Virus record (IMG/VR): IMGVR_UViG_3300018422_000003
Coordinates: 6,090-70,089 of that record
Source of the DNA: a virus
Direction: 5' to 3' (one strand)
DNA: 64,000 nucleotides
In this document: positions 1 through 9,338 of the stretch, in pieces
Layout: each line of letters starts with the position of its first letter
How positions within the stretch are numbered: position 1 is the first letter of the stretch
Notes under the pieces: generated by a model
What the model was told of the DNA's origin: nothing
The model's database searches: none
What the model saw: only the letters and a program-made list of their open reading frames with translations
Made by a program: the position numbers and the translations under genes

Positions 1-1
1 C

Positions 2-1132
2 GAATTCCATCGCTACCGCCAGGAGTACATCGACCACTTGGTGGAGGCGGGCGAGATTCAGGATCACGCCTTCATCGGCCACTGGCTGGACACCAATGCC
101 GTAATGCCGGAAACGCGCGAGCTGATTCTCGGCGACCGCCATTACTCCATCGATCCGAAGTACGTCGTCGGCTGCGAGCTTTTTCTCTCCGCCGACGAGA
201 ACTTCCGCCCGCTCGAAATGCTGCAGGGGCGTCCGCCCGGTCAGCTCAGCGCCGATCCGCGCTGCCTCTGCTCGGGGACGATTGATTTGCTCCAAATGAA
301 GGGCAGGGAAGCGACGATTACCGACTGGAAATCCGGGTGGGCGACGGCGGGCGTGGCGGATCACGAGCCGTATATTTACGCCGCGCTCGTAATGGCGCAT
401 TTTAAGCAGGTCGACACGGTTAATTATCGGTGGGAGTTTCCGCGCGTCAATGCGGAAAAGGACGGCGGCCGTTACACGCGCGAGGACTTACCCTGGATTC
501 AATCGTTTATCCGGGGCGAGAACACGCGCGAGGCCGGGCTGCGCGCCAAGCATGCGGCCGGGGACCAGATGCGCGTCGATCCGTACGCGGGGCTGTGCGT
601 GTTCTGTCAGCTTCAGTGTCCGCTGCGGCAGACCGCAACGAATGAGCGGCTGATCCTGCCGCCGATTCAAAATCGTGTGGATGCCGAGCAGGTTGCCAAG
701 CTGCTCTATGCGTCGAGCATGATTGCCGCGATGGCGCGGCAGGCGCTGCGGCCGTACCTCGAACAATGGGGGCCGAAGCTCAAGCTCGCCGAGGATTATG
801 AGCTGGAGCTGCGGACCACGGCGCGGGCCGAATATCCGCTGCCCGATACGCTCGCGCTGCTCGGGATCGTGATCGATGAGGACGCTCTGCCCAAGGCGCA
901 GAAAGGGATCAAGCGCGGGCAGGCCATCACGCCGCGATGGGACGTGCCGATTCAATCGCTGCTGATCAGCGCCAGTAAATTACATAATTTGTCGGACACG
1001 AAAATGCGCGCCGGAATGCGGGACGAATTAGGAGCGATCGCGCGCCGGAAAGTGGTAAGCAAAGTCCATGTGCGCAAGCTCAACGAGGAAGACCGCTTGC
1101 TGATTGAAGAAGGCGCGGAGGGGATGGATTAA
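2..1132 (+). CDS. PD-(D/E)XK nuclease (Cas4/RecB-like exonuclease), 5' end outside window
   Basis: GTIDLL...ITDWKSG nuclease motif, Y-x-A helix, CxxC-x3-CP cluster; frame open from base 2. Confidence 0.8.
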   Translation, partial: EFHRYRQEYIDHLVEAGEIQDHAFIGHWLDTNAVMPETRELILGDRHYSIDPKYVVGCELFLSADENFRPLEMLQGRPPGQLSADPRCLCSGTIDLLQMKGREATITDWKSGWATAGVADHEPYIYAALVMAHFKQVDTVNYRWEFPRVNAEKDGGRYTREDLPWIQSFIRGENTREAGLRAKHAAGDQMRVDPYAGLCVFCQLQCPLRQTATNERLILPPIQNRVDAEQVAKLLYASSMIAAMARQALRPYLEQWGPKLKLAEDYELELRTTARAEYPLPDTLALLGIVIDEDALPKAQKGIKRGQAITPRWDVPIQSLLISASKLHNLSDTKMRAGMRDELGAIARRKVVSKVHVRKLNEEDRLLIEEGAEGMD

Positions 1133-1182
1133 AAAAAGTGTAAGATGAGGCGGGTAATAACCATGCGGTTCTTTACCGTCAT

Positions 1183-1221
1183 AAAAACGAAACCGCCGAA
1201 GTGCATCGAACACTTCGGCGG
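1183..1221 (-). terminator. Intrinsic terminator on the minus strand upstream of rep
   Basis: 11-bp perfect stem CCGCCGAAGTG/CACTTCGGCGG, 7-nt loop, TTTCGTTTTT tail on minus strand. Confidence 0.6.
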
Positions 1222-1361
1222 CAGAGCTTCTTTTCACGATGTACGGATGTCTCCGGGCGGCTTCCCGCTCCCGAGCGACTTTTGTAGTATGCCATATTTC
1301 CGGTGACTATGAGAATCCGCACCTAGCAGTTTTTTTTTGAAATTCTGCTCGGGGACATTCG

Positions 1362-2552
1362 TTGAACTGGTCGGCCGCGATCTGCGCAGGTGTAGCGGCA
1401 GCGGTTAGGGACGATCCTCCTGGGGAGGGAGATCACCCGAGCCCGCTGCTAGGGGAATCGTGGCCCACCAAAAATGGGGAGACTCCACGATATGTTTTCC
1501 GGCGAAAGGTGCGCGCCCTCGCGCGTACAGAATCGCATGTTGGCGGGGCCGCAATGTTAGCGGCCCGCCGTTCCGGCGGCGAAGATGCAAGACTCTGCAT
1601 CACGCGGGATGTGGCGGTTTTATGCCGCCATGATCTCCACGCCGCTTTCCTGCTGACCGCCGTCCGGCAACTCACCGAAAAAGGGAAGCTCACCGACGTC
1701 CAGATCACGATCGCTGATCTGGATGAGGCCATGTTCCATACCGTGGGGGAACGGACCATTCGCACCAAGCTGCACTTGCTGGCGCGTTGGGGCTTCCTGT
1801 CGGTGACCGCGCGAAACGGTCATCCGTCACGGCTGACATTCCACGCCGAGGCCGTAGAGGCCGCTTTGTGCGCCGACACGCAAACCCCGGCAAATGTGCC
1901 GCGCTCAACCCCGGCAAATGTGCCGGGGTCCGGTCAAAGCCCGGCAGATTTACTAGGGTCCTGCCAGTACCCCGGCAAAAGTGCCGCGGTTGATTTGCCG
2001 TGGTCGGTTTTGCCGAATCAGCAACTTAGCCCAACCCCGGCAAATGTGCCGCGCCTGTCGTCGAAAGAACTTTTCAGAGACGACAAATCGTCGACAGACG
2101 ACGAACGGAAAACCTTCCCTAAGATGGCGACGAACGGAAACGGAAACGCCCGCCCGGCAGCGCCCGCTCCTGTACCCGCAGCAGGTTTTTCGGCTGAGCT
2201 GATTGCAGCGGCGCGCTACGAAATCATGCTCGCCATGAGCAAGTGCGGCGAGGACCGCCTGACGCGGACCTACGTGATTGATGACGTGGACGCGGCCATT
2301 GCCCTTGCCGTGCTGCGTGCGGGGCCGTGGGAGGCGTCGCAGGCGCTGATTAAGGAGTTAGCCGCGCGCGGCACGCTGAAGGTCAGCACGCCCGCTTATT
2401 TCGCGGACGTCACGTGGCAGCGGTTCCGGCGGGACAAGACAGGCTGGAGGCGCAAGCAGCCCGGTCAGGCCTTCGCCTCACGCAGCAATGATGAGTCCGT
2501 TGATTTCAGCGCCGCCTTGGGCGCGCTGACTTCGGCCAGGAGGATGAGGTAA
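1362..2552 (+). CDS. Phage replication initiator (winged-helix N-terminus; true start may be ATG 1554)
   Basis: wHTH-like segment (ITIADLDE...GERTIRTKLHLLARWGFLSV), then a low-complexity linker carrying DNA iterons as in lambda O-type initiators. Confidence 0.7.
   Translation: MNWSAAICAGVAAAVRDDPPGEGDHPSPLLGESWPTKNGETPRYVFRRKVRALARTESHVGGAAMLAARRSGGEDARLCITRDVAVLCRHDLHAAFLLTAVRQLTEKGKLTDVQITIADLDEAMFHTVGERTIRTKLHLLARWGFLSVTARNGHPSRLTFHAEAVEAALCADTQTPANVPRSTPANVPGSGQSPADLLGSCQYPGKSAAVDLPWSVLPNQQLSPTPANVPRLSSKELFRDDKSSTDDERKTFPKMATNGNGNARPAAPAPVPAAGFSAELIAAARYEIMLAMSKCGEDRLTRTYVIDDVDAAIALAVLRAGPWEASQALIKELAARGTLKVSTPAYFADVTWQRFRRDKTGWRRKQPGQAFASRSNDESVDFSAALGALTSARRMR
1883..2051. repeat. Iteron-like 19-bp repeats (probable origin)
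   Basis: AACCCCGGCAAATGTGCCG at 1883, 1907, 2033; variant at 1968; internal dyad CGGCA-N4-TGCCG. Confidence 0.8.
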
Positions 2553-2932
2553 TGGCGCACGATTGCATAAGGGAGTCCTGGTTGGAGGAAGCGTGGCTCA
2601 GTTACAGGTGCATTTGTTTCCCGTCATCGTTACCGACTCCCGACGCGGAAGCGGAGACAACTTGCAGGCTGGCGTTTATGGGAGGCGCGTCAACGGTTAT
2701 CGAGGAGATGCGTGACATTTTGGCCCGTACAGCGGCAGACGCTGAAGGGGTCATGAAAGGTCTCGACGCCTCAAAGCACTATTTCAGCCGTCAAACATTC
2801 CGGTCCGGTGAAGAGGTGATTGAACCATGGCGCTTCCGCTTTCCAACGATCCGCCGCCGCCGTTTGATCCGGAGGCCGGGCGGCCGAAGAAGCGACCGAT
2901 CCTGTGCTCGCGCTGCTCTGATACCGGGCTGA
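2552..2932 (+). CDS. Hypothetical protein
   Basis: TAATG coupling to rep with GAGG SD; AFMGGA motif; 3' end overlaps next ORF. Confidence 0.55.
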   Translation: MAHDCIRESWLEEAWLSYRCICFPSSLPTPDAEAETTCRLAFMGGASTVIEEMRDILARTAADAEGVMKGLDASKHYFSRQTFRSGEEVIEPWRFRFPTIRRRRLIRRPGGRRSDRSCARAALIPG

Positions 2933-3084
2933 TCGAGCGCGCGACCGTCCGCCGGGCCCGGTGGGCGTGGGAGGCCGCGTTCACGATGACGGCCTGCTCC
3001 TGCGGAATGGGGAGGGATATCACGCCAGCTTTAGAATGCGCGCGCCAGGAGTATCAGGCGATGTGGGACGACCAGCGATGGTAA
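2827..3084 (+). CDS. Small Cys-rich (CxxC...CxC) protein
   Basis: GAGGTG SD; CSRCSDTG...CSCG zinc-finger-like pattern common after phage initiators. Confidence 0.65.
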   Translation: MALPLSNDPPPPFDPEAGRPKKRPILCSRCSDTGLIERATVRRARWAWEAAFTMTACSCGMGRDITPALECARQEYQAMWDDQRW

Positions 3085-3278
3085 ACGACGCGCATACGCT
3101 CGGAAAAAGCATTCTGAGCCGTCTCGATCGATACCCGACCGCCGACGTGCGGGCCGAGGAAATTACCGCCGCCGGCATCCCCGCCGACGAGCTGGGCGAA
3201 TGGGCGCGGGAGATCGACCTCGAAGTGCAGCTTCCGCTGTTCCCCGGAGCGCCGTATCGATTTCGGCGAGGGTTTTAG
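3078..3278 (+). CDS. Hypothetical protein
   Basis: ATG overlapping previous stop; operon context. Confidence 0.55.
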   Translation: MVNDAHTLGKSILSRLDRYPTADVRAEEITAAGIPADELGEWAREIDLEVQLPLFPGAPYRFRRGF

Positions 3279-3291
3279 AAGGAGGTGTGGG

Positions 3292-3571
3292 TTGACGGAC
3301 GAGCCAGCAACTGTAGCAGACGCACTTATTCGCGATTTCTACGAGCCTCGACGGAATCGCGAAAGCTTTACACGCCCTTGGAAATGCCGATGCAGCGACA
3401 CCGATGGGGGCTATCGAATCGCTAGGCAAAGAAGTTAAAGACGGATTCGAGGCAATGTCAACAAGCATCGGATGCGGGTTAACGGAAATAGCAGAGGCGG
3501 TTCGATCGGACGAACAGGAGCCAGAATCATTAGGGACCGTCGCCGCGTTTGAAAACAACTCTACATTTTGA
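3292..3571 (+). pseudogene. Frameshifted small helical protein
   Basis: AAGGAGG SD + TTG start gives MTDEPATVADAL; protein-like continuation FAISTSLDGIAKALHALGNADAATPMGAIE lies in the +1 frame. Confidence 0.5.
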
Positions 3572-3834
3572 CGGTGGCCGGACGCGCCGCCCGAACCCGG
3601 GCGAGAAGAATCCCCGCGTCGGATCGTGAGACCTCACCGCCGTGCAAAAAATCGAGCACGAATTCGGCGGCCTCCAGCAGCAGGATCTGGCGGCCAGAAA
3701 CGTCCTCGGGCGAATTCGTATACATTGCGCCGTCCGCCCAAATCGAAGCGACGAACTGCAGCGCCCGGTCCCGGTCCGGAGCTGAGCCGCACAAGCGCAT
3801 CAGCTCGTCCGCGAATTGGTCAAGATGGCGCATC
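3561..3834 (-). CDS. Hypothetical protein
   Basis: MMRHLDQFADELMR... directly downstream of the 3842 ORF. Confidence 0.5.
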
Positions 3835-3841
3835 ATTTTTT

Positions 3842-4390
3842 TTAGTGCATTTCGACGACGTCGGAATAATACTGCTCGCCCATAACCGCCAGCTCGACCA
3901 GGCCGACATAAATATCGTCGAGATTCCCGATGCCGAACCACGCTTCGTCCATGCCCGCGCCGCGCAGCGCATTGCGCAAAGCCCGGCCGCCGGAGGAGTG
4001 AAACGACATCCCCGGATACCCGATGTCGCGATTACCGCCGCGCGGTTTGCTCCACCAGTGCAGCGGATCTTCGGCGATCATGTTCTGCATATCGAGGACG
4101 GCCTCGCCCAGCTCGATCGACAAAAACTCGACCGCCTGCTTGCGCTTGTCAGGCAGCAGGCCCGCGACCGATTTTCCATGTTCCTCGCGCGCGGCGGCCG
4201 CCAGTTTCAAATCGAACGGAATGATCTCGGCAGGCGTATCCGGCGGGTTTCGGTCGGCCTCATCTTCCGGCGGCTGACGGGACGCGAGCGGCTGCGGATC
4301 GCGCACGGTCGGCGCATTTCCGGGCTGTGGGTCGATCGTGTCTTTGTTGCTCATCCCTCTATGATCCTCCAAAAACAAAAAAACACTCAC
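3842..4390 (-). CDS. Hypothetical protein (start probably ATG 4354)
   Basis: Globular composition; GAGGG before MSNKD. Confidence 0.6.
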   Translation of the reverse strand: MSVFLFLEDHRGMSNKDTIDPQPGNAPTVRDPQPLASRQPPEDEADRNPPDTPAEIIPFDLKLAAAAREEHGKSVAGLLPDKRKQAVEFLSIELGEAVLDMQNMIAEDPLHWWSKPRGGNRDIGYPGMSFHSSGGRALRNALRGAGMDEAWFGIGNLDDIYVGLVELAVMGEQYYSDVVEMH

Positions 4391-4491
4391 ATGTTTGAGG
4401 GAATGCGGGTTAGCATCGGGTGAGTCCGTGACGCTTTTGGGAATTGCGCCGCGGCGCTCTTAATCCGAAAAAAGGAGACTCCATTTCAAAC

Positions 4492-4659
4492 ATGGCAGTA
4501 GCAAAAAAACCGCCCGCGAAAAGCAAACCAGCCGGGAAGGGAACGGCGAACCGCGCGTCGGCTGCGATTTCTAAAACAAGCAAGAAGAAGGCTCCGGCCT
4601 CTGCGGTAGCCGCCGGTACAGCCCCGCGCAAATCCTCGCGCCGGAAGGAGTCCACTTGA
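4492..4659 (+). CDS. Small Lys/Ala-rich histone-like protein
   Basis: AAGGAG SD; MAVAKKPPAKSKPAGK... Confidence 0.6.
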   Translation: MAVAKKPPAKSKPAGKGTANRASAAISKTSKKKAPASAVAAGTAPRKSSRRKEST

Positions 4660-5114
4660 CCAAACTAGAACGGGATCGCGCCAGGCGCAAACGGCAAAGA
4701 GAAGCCAAAGCGGCCGCCGCCCTCATTGCCGCAGGCGGTACGCATGTGAGCGGCGACGGAGAGCCGGTCGTGGCGGGCACCGCGAACCGCGCGGCCGATA
4801 CGGTTATCGCAACAACGAAGAAGCGGACCAGCGGCGGGCAAAAGAAACCGCGCGGCCGACCCTCCGGTACGGGGACGCGGCCCGGCGCCGTGATGACATC
4901 CGAGCCGGTCCATGAGCCGCTGCACGCTGGGTACAACCAAGCGCAAAGCTTCGGGATCGGGCTGCCCGAATTCCTCTTCCGCGCCACGCCGTGGGACGGG
5001 CAGGAGCTGCTCGAAACGTACGAGAACAGGATCCTCAGCAACGTGCAGGAGGCGATCGGCGGGTATATCCGCTATGCCGCTTCGATGCGCCGCGCGCAGG
5101 CCAACTATCACTAA
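4656..5114 (+). CDS. Basic protein with AT-hook-like KPRGRP motif
   Basis: TTGA overlap, AAGGAG SD, followed by terminator. Confidence 0.65.
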   Translation: MTKLERDRARRKRQREAKAAAALIAAGGTHVSGDGEPVVAGTANRAADTVIATTKKRTSGGQKKPRGRPSGTGTRPGAVMTSEPVHEPLHAGYNQAQSFGIGLPEFLFRATPWDGQELLETYENRILSNVQEAIGGYIRYAASMRRAQANYH

Positions 5115-5130
5115 TCCTTTTACCGGGATT

Positions 5131-5180
5131 AAAAAACAAAGGGCCGCCTCGGGGGAAACCGGGCGGCCCTTTTTGTTTTG
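5131..5180. terminator. Bidirectional intrinsic terminator
   Basis: AAACAAAGGGCCGCC...GGCGGCCCTTTTTGTTTT. Confidence 0.85.
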
Positions 5181-5278
5181 GGGGGAAATGGACACGGTAC
5201 GGGCGCCCTGATCGCGAGCCGTTACGGGTGTCCAATATTCTCGGCGAAAGTGAGCAATATCAATGACTTAGGATCATC

Positions 5279-5306
5279 GTTTTCGATAACGGGTGTTATG
5301 TCAACT
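5279..5306 (+). other. dif: dif-like XerC/XerD recombination site
   Basis: GTTTTCGATAA-CGGGTG-TTATGTCAACT: 11-6-11 layout with conserved ATAA/TTAT core; intergenic. Confidence 0.75.
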
Positions 5307-5579
5307 CGCGCGGGAATTCTTCCCGTAAGCCGCTGAGCGGATTCTATTACCCGGTTTTATTCCCGCCCTGCCCGGCGGAAGCATCGGCGCGCGATCAGGA
5401 CACGAGGCAGGCGCCGGTTTCCCATCGGTCCGCTACAGACTCGAGAAACAGGGAGCGCAGCGCCCACCCGCGAAGGCCTAATCCGAAGGCCCAGAGTCGG
5501 GGGACTCCAGCGAAAGAATAACAGGTTTTCCCGCTTTGCGCGAATGAAAACCTTATGAATTCAAAAGGGTTTACGCGCC

Positions 5580-6020
5580 GTGCCACTGCGAATTACTGAC
5601 CAGCAATTCGCCCTCTTCGAAGCCGCCCGGGCCGCGCCTCCAAAAGCCAAACGGCCGCGCCCTTTCCGCCTCACCGCCGGCCAGGCGCAGCTCAGCGAGA
5701 ACGATGTTGAGGCGCAGATCGTCGGCTTCCTGAAAATCCACGGTTGGCGCGTAGACCGCCAGCACGTCGGCCGCGCCAAATGGCCTGCGGGCGGCTGGCT
5801 GCAGCTACATCCGGAAGGAACCGCCGATTGGTTTGCTCACCGTCCGCGCACGAGCCCATCGTGTCTTTACGTCGAGGTCAAGGCGCCCGGACAGCGCGCC
5901 AGCCGTGAGCAGGAGTTGTACCTGGAGATGGCCCGCCTCGGCGGATATTTGGCGGGCTGCTTTGATTCGTTTCCCGCCTTTCACGCCTTCTATCAAAGGC
6001 ATTTTCCCGGCGAAGCTTAG
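5580..6020 (+). CDS. VRR-NUC domain nuclease
   Basis: SENDVEAQI...GTADW...YVEVKAPGQRASREQ motifs. Confidence 0.85.
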   Translation: MPLRITDQQFALFEAARAAPPKAKRPRPFRLTAGQAQLSENDVEAQIVGFLKIHGWRVDRQHVGRAKWPAGGWLQLHPEGTADWFAHRPRTSPSCLYVEVKAPGQRASREQELYLEMARLGGYLAGCFDSFPAFHAFYQRHFPGEA

Positions 6021-6061
6021 CCGATAATAGAAACTGCTTTTCAAAAAAACCTGGAGGCCGG

Positions 6062-6361
6062 ATGCCCACCTATTGGCGCGGTCAGGAGTGCCCCGCCCGC
6101 CGTCTGCTCGTGCGCGTCAAGGGGAGCCTGGAGGCCGTTCCCGCGGTCGAAGTGATTGCCGGCGGCCGCTGTTTCTATCTCGATGATCGCGACGGGTCCG
6201 CGTGGCTGATCCTGACGTACGGCCTCGGCGCGGCTTGTTTTGAGGTACGGGAGCTGCTCGGGATCGAGGAGGCGCTTACCCCCAGCGATTCGCGGACCGC
6301 CGCAGCTGCTCCCGCTGATCCTTCTTACGCCGCTGCTGCCGCACTCCCGTCAACACGCTGA
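6062..6361 (+). CDS. Hypothetical protein
   Basis: GGAGG SD, ATG. Confidence 0.6.
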   Translation: MPTYWRGQECPARRLLVRVKGSLEAVPAVEVIAGGRCFYLDDRDGSAWLILTYGLGAACFEVRELLGIEEALTPSDSRTAAAAPADPSYAAAAALPSTR

Positions 6362-6410
6362 ATGAGAGCGCGATCGCGCAGGCGGTCAGGATAACAAACT
6401 CCATTCGTTT

Positions 6411-6629
6411 TCATCTCCCTTTTTTGGCTACGACGGTCGACCGCTTCCCGGCGGCCTCCGTGGTTATTGTCAACTTCTCCCGCGAGGCCGAGCAAACCGG
6501 GCAGCACGCTTGGCAATACGCCAGCAGGCCGACGATGTGGCGTACCCGCGCCAAACGGTCACAACGGCAGATCGTAAGCTGCGTCTGCCCGATGCGGAAG
6601 CAAAGCGGCTTCACGGCAGGCTTGCCCAT
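6411..6629 (-). CDS. Small Cys-rich protein
   Basis: Coupled to HNH stop; GGAGG SD. Confidence 0.5.
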   Translation of the reverse strand: MGKPAVKPLCFRIGQTQLTICRCDRLARVRHIVGLLAYCQACCPVCSASREKLTITTEAAGKRSTVVAKKGR

Positions 6630-6988
6630 CAGAAGGACACCTCCTGCTGAGCCAGCAGCGGCCGCGCGCTATCCTTCCGGATCGAGCGGGTCCGCTTGTG
6701 AAACCCCGCATCATAGGCGAGGTGACAGCCACGGCAGAGCGCCTTCAAATTATCGAGACGGTCGTCGCCGGGCGTGTGATTCAGATGCGCAATCCCGAGC
6801 TGAACAACTGGCGTATGCCAGTCGTCGTCCTCATCCGGCGGGCCGGGCCGGTAGCGCCAATACAAAGCGCCGGCGGGAGCGCCGCAATGCTCACAGCAGT
6901 TCCCTGCCCGCGTCAGGACGGCCGGGCGCGTCACCGTCCGCCATTCCTGGGTCTCATACATCCAGCGAACATGCTTAGGAATCGGCAT
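6629..6988 (-). CDS. HNH endonuclease
   Basis: CEHC...AHLNH...DNLKALCRGCHLAYD. Confidence 0.85.
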   Translation of the reverse strand: MPIPKHVRWMYETQEWRTVTRPAVLTRAGNCCEHCGAPAGALYWRYRPGPPDEDDDWHTPVVQLGIAHLNHTPGDDRLDNLKALCRGCHLAYDAGFHKRTRSIRKDSARPLLAQQEVSF

Positions 6989-7457
6989 CTTTCGGAGCCT
7001 CGATCATTTTGAAATTAGTTTCCCGAAAGTGATCCCACGCGGTCCGGCCGCCGCCGGAATCGACGTAAGGCAGAAACACCTGCCCGTATTCCGCCATGCC
7101 GTGCTCGATCATTGCCATTTGCACTTTTACCCACGTCAGGAGCTGCCGCCAGGCCACGCGCCTTGCCGTATCGCGCAGCTTCCGGGTATCGATGCCGCCC
7201 AGTCTTCCCCGCCCGGATACGCGGCGCTTGTACAGAGCGTTATAGACCGGATCCACCTTCGCCGGAAGGATAAACCATACCGGGCGGTCGTACAACATCA
7301 TGCGCCAGCGGACGCCAGCCGGAACGCCGCCCTCATACGTTGTCGCAATTTCGAGCGCTCCCGCCTGGACCAGCACGGACGCAATTTCAGCCATGGAACG
7401 CTCGGCCGGAACTTCCGTGGTTTCGAGATACATCGTCGTGGGCCGTGACGGTTTCAT
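6975..7457 (-). CDS. Conserved phage hypothetical protein
   Basis: TEVPAERS..EI...VAWRQLLTWVKVQ...FLPY pattern recurrent in phages. Confidence 0.7.
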   Translation of the reverse strand: MKPSRPTTMYLETTEVPAERSMAEIASVLVQAGALEIATTYEGGVPAGVRWRMMLYDRPVWFILPAKVDPVYNALYKRRVSGRGRLGGIDTRKLRDTARRVAWRQLLTWVKVQMAMIEHGMAEYGQVFLPYVDSGGGRTAWDHFRETNFKMIEAPKDADS

Positions 7458-8092
7458 TGCGCCGCCTTGGGTCCGAGCGCCGCCTCAAGGTCAGCTCGCG
7501 GAATCCGCGGATCGCGGGAGTTCCCGAAGTTTCGGATCGTACCGCTTTTGATCAGCCTGCGCAAACCCTTGGCATCGAGCCCGCTGCGCTCGATCGATTC
7601 GCCGAGCGTGAGCGTGAGCCGCTCGGCGGGAGGAGGCAGCGCCTTCTGTTGTTGCTGATGCATGCCGGAGGCGATGTGCTCCAACGCTCGCGCAAAGACC
7701 TCGGCGATTTGCTGCTGCCCGGCCGCGACGGCCTGCAGCGCCTGCGCCAGATCCGGACCGCCGCCTCCGCCCATCCGGTCCGCGACAGCGGCGCCGATCG
7801 CCTGACCGATCGCCAGCGGGCTGCCGAGCCGCTTGTCGCGCTCGTTGACCTCAGCCGCCCCTTCGGCCCGTTCGAGCGTTTTCGAGCCGCCCTCCATTTC
7901 CTCTTTCATCTTCAGGATGAACCGGGGATCGTAAACAGGAATTGGTTTCCGCCGGGGGACGGATCGGTACTCAACGCGGAGCTTGCCCTCCGCGACCCAG
8001 CGGTTAATCGTCTTTCCCGAGCGGCTGAGCATTTGCGCGGCCTCGGGTTTGGTCGGCCATTCAGACACGTCGACCACATTACGTTTTGTCAT
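7454..8092 (-). CDS. Double HTH (Xis/MerR-like) DNA-binding protein, candidate regulator
   Basis: N-terminal TKPEAAQMLSRSGKTINRWVAEGKL and C-terminal LTLGESIERSGL...LRRLIKSG...RIPRADLE, helical linker; divergent from operator. Confidence 0.75.
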   Translation of the reverse strand: MTKRNVVDVSEWPTKPEAAQMLSRSGKTINRWVAEGKLRVEYRSVPRRKPIPVYDPRFILKMKEEMEGGSKTLERAEGAAEVNERDKRLGSPLAIGQAIGAAVADRMGGGGGPDLAQALQAVAAGQQQIAEVFARALEHIASGMHQQQQKALPPPAERLTLTLGESIERSGLDAKGLRRLIKSGTIRNFGNSRDPRIPRADLEAALGPKAAQ

Positions 8093-8165
8093 TTAGGTTG
8101 TAGCGGACCTCGCTTGCCATTATGCACGCGTGCGCCGACCGCGTCCAGATAATGTCTCTTTGTCC

Positions 8166-8194
8166 TTGACAGATTTACGTAATTCTGTCAAAGT
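8166..8194 (+). promoter_or_regulatory. Early promoter/operator copy 1
   Basis: TTGACAGATTTACGTAATTCTGTCAA palindrome; TTGACA-17-CAAAGT. Confidence 0.8.
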
Positions 8195-8204
8195 ACTCGT
8201 ATAG

Positions 8205-8387
8205 ATGGCACGGTATACAAAACAGCAAATCGAAACCGCCGGAATGAACGGCGAGCTAATCAGCCGCGGCGAGGAAATCACCGACGCGCCCGCCGCCGAA
8301 ACATGGTGCGCGACCTGCCAGCAATGGCATGACAACAGCGGTCACACCGCCCGGTTTCGCCGCGCCGCCGTCAAGGAGGTTGCATAA
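8205..8387 (+). CDS. Small early protein
   Basis: First ORF after promoter; CxxC. Confidence 0.6.
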   Translation: MARYTKQQIETAGMNGELISRGEEITDAPAAETWCATCQQWHDNSGHTARFRRAAVKEVA

Positions 8388-8612
8388 ATGTCCGTGCTCG
8401 TCACAGCCACCGCCCGCGTCATTACCGCCATTTCCCGCGCCACCGTCGCATGCGCCAATCATGGCGAGATCGTATCCGTACAGCCCGCTGAAGGCCGCAT
8501 CGTCGAGAAAGGCTGCTACCTCGCCGTGATGATTTACGCGGTCACCTTCGAGGATGGATCGGCGCGGAAATACTGGATGCGCGGCGGTGTGCCGACCGAG
8601 GTGAAAAAGTGA
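8388..8612 (+). CDS. Small early protein
   Basis: AAGGAGG SD, abuts previous stop. Confidence 0.65.
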   Translation: MSVLVTATARVITAISRATVACANHGEIVSVQPAEGRIVEKGCYLAVMIYAVTFEDGSARKYWMRGGVPTEVKK

Positions 8613-8896
8613 TCGACATGGAAAACAACGAGTACAAATGCACGCCACGGTGTGGGGGGACGAAAGACAATCCCTGCATGATCGCCGTAAACCGGAGCCG
8701 CGCCCGCGAGAAAGACCTGAAGGCTTTTGAGGCTTTCATTCCCGTCCGCGACGCCTATCGCGCGGGCAAGATCACCGAAGACGCATTTCTCGTGGCGCGG
8801 GCAAAGTACAAGGCTGCGGCCGACGAGTACGAGGAAGCCTTATTAAAGGCTGAGCGGATCCGAAACAACAAAGGGGGACTTAATGAAACTGACTGA
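8609..8896 (+). CDS. Small early protein
   Basis: GTGA coupling, GAGGTG SD. Confidence 0.6.
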   Translation: MIDMENNEYKCTPRCGGTKDNPCMIAVNRSRAREKDLKAFEAFIPVRDAYRAGKITEDAFLVARAKYKAAADEYEEALLKAERIRNNKGGLNETD

Positions 8897-9338
8897 GATA
8901 AATCGAACCGAAAGCGCGGCCATCCGCGAGGATGCTCTGCGCGCCCTTGCGGCGGTCGCCGAAAAATACGGCGTGCGCGTCAGCGCGACGGGAGGCAGCT
9001 ATTCGAGCAAAAGCGCCGTACTCAAGTTTGAGTTTGCGCTCATCGACGAGGGCGGCACGGTGCTGACGCGCGAGGCACAGGACTTTGCGGACGGCGCGCA
9101 CTTCTACGGCCTCCATGCTTCAGACCTCGGCCTTGTGTTCGCGATGGCTGGCCATCAGTACCGCATTACCGGGCTGAATGCCCGCCGCTTCAAAATGCCG
9201 ATCTGCGCCGAGCGAGTCAGTGACGGCCGCCGGGTGAAGATCTCGGCGGAAACGGCCGCCGCCGCTTTGCTCAAGCTCCGCCCCGGGCCGGAAGTGCCAA
9301 AGCCCGTATCCGTGACCGTGATCGGAGGCCGCTCGTGA
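8883..9338 (+). CDS. Early hypothetical protein
   Basis: AAGGGGGACT leader; globular composition. Confidence 0.7.
   Translation: MKLTEINRTESAAIREDALRALAAVAEKYGVRVSATGGSYSSKSAVLKFEFALIDEGGTVLTREAQDFADGAHFYGLHASDLGLVFAMAGHQYRITGLNARRFKMPICAERVSDGRRVKISAETAAAALLKLRPGPEVPKPVSVTVIGGRS

Noticed and set aside
2-1132. Cas4-like gene as sign of a CRISPR system
   Set aside because: No other cas genes and no repeat-spacer array; solo PD-(D/E)XK nucleases are common in phages
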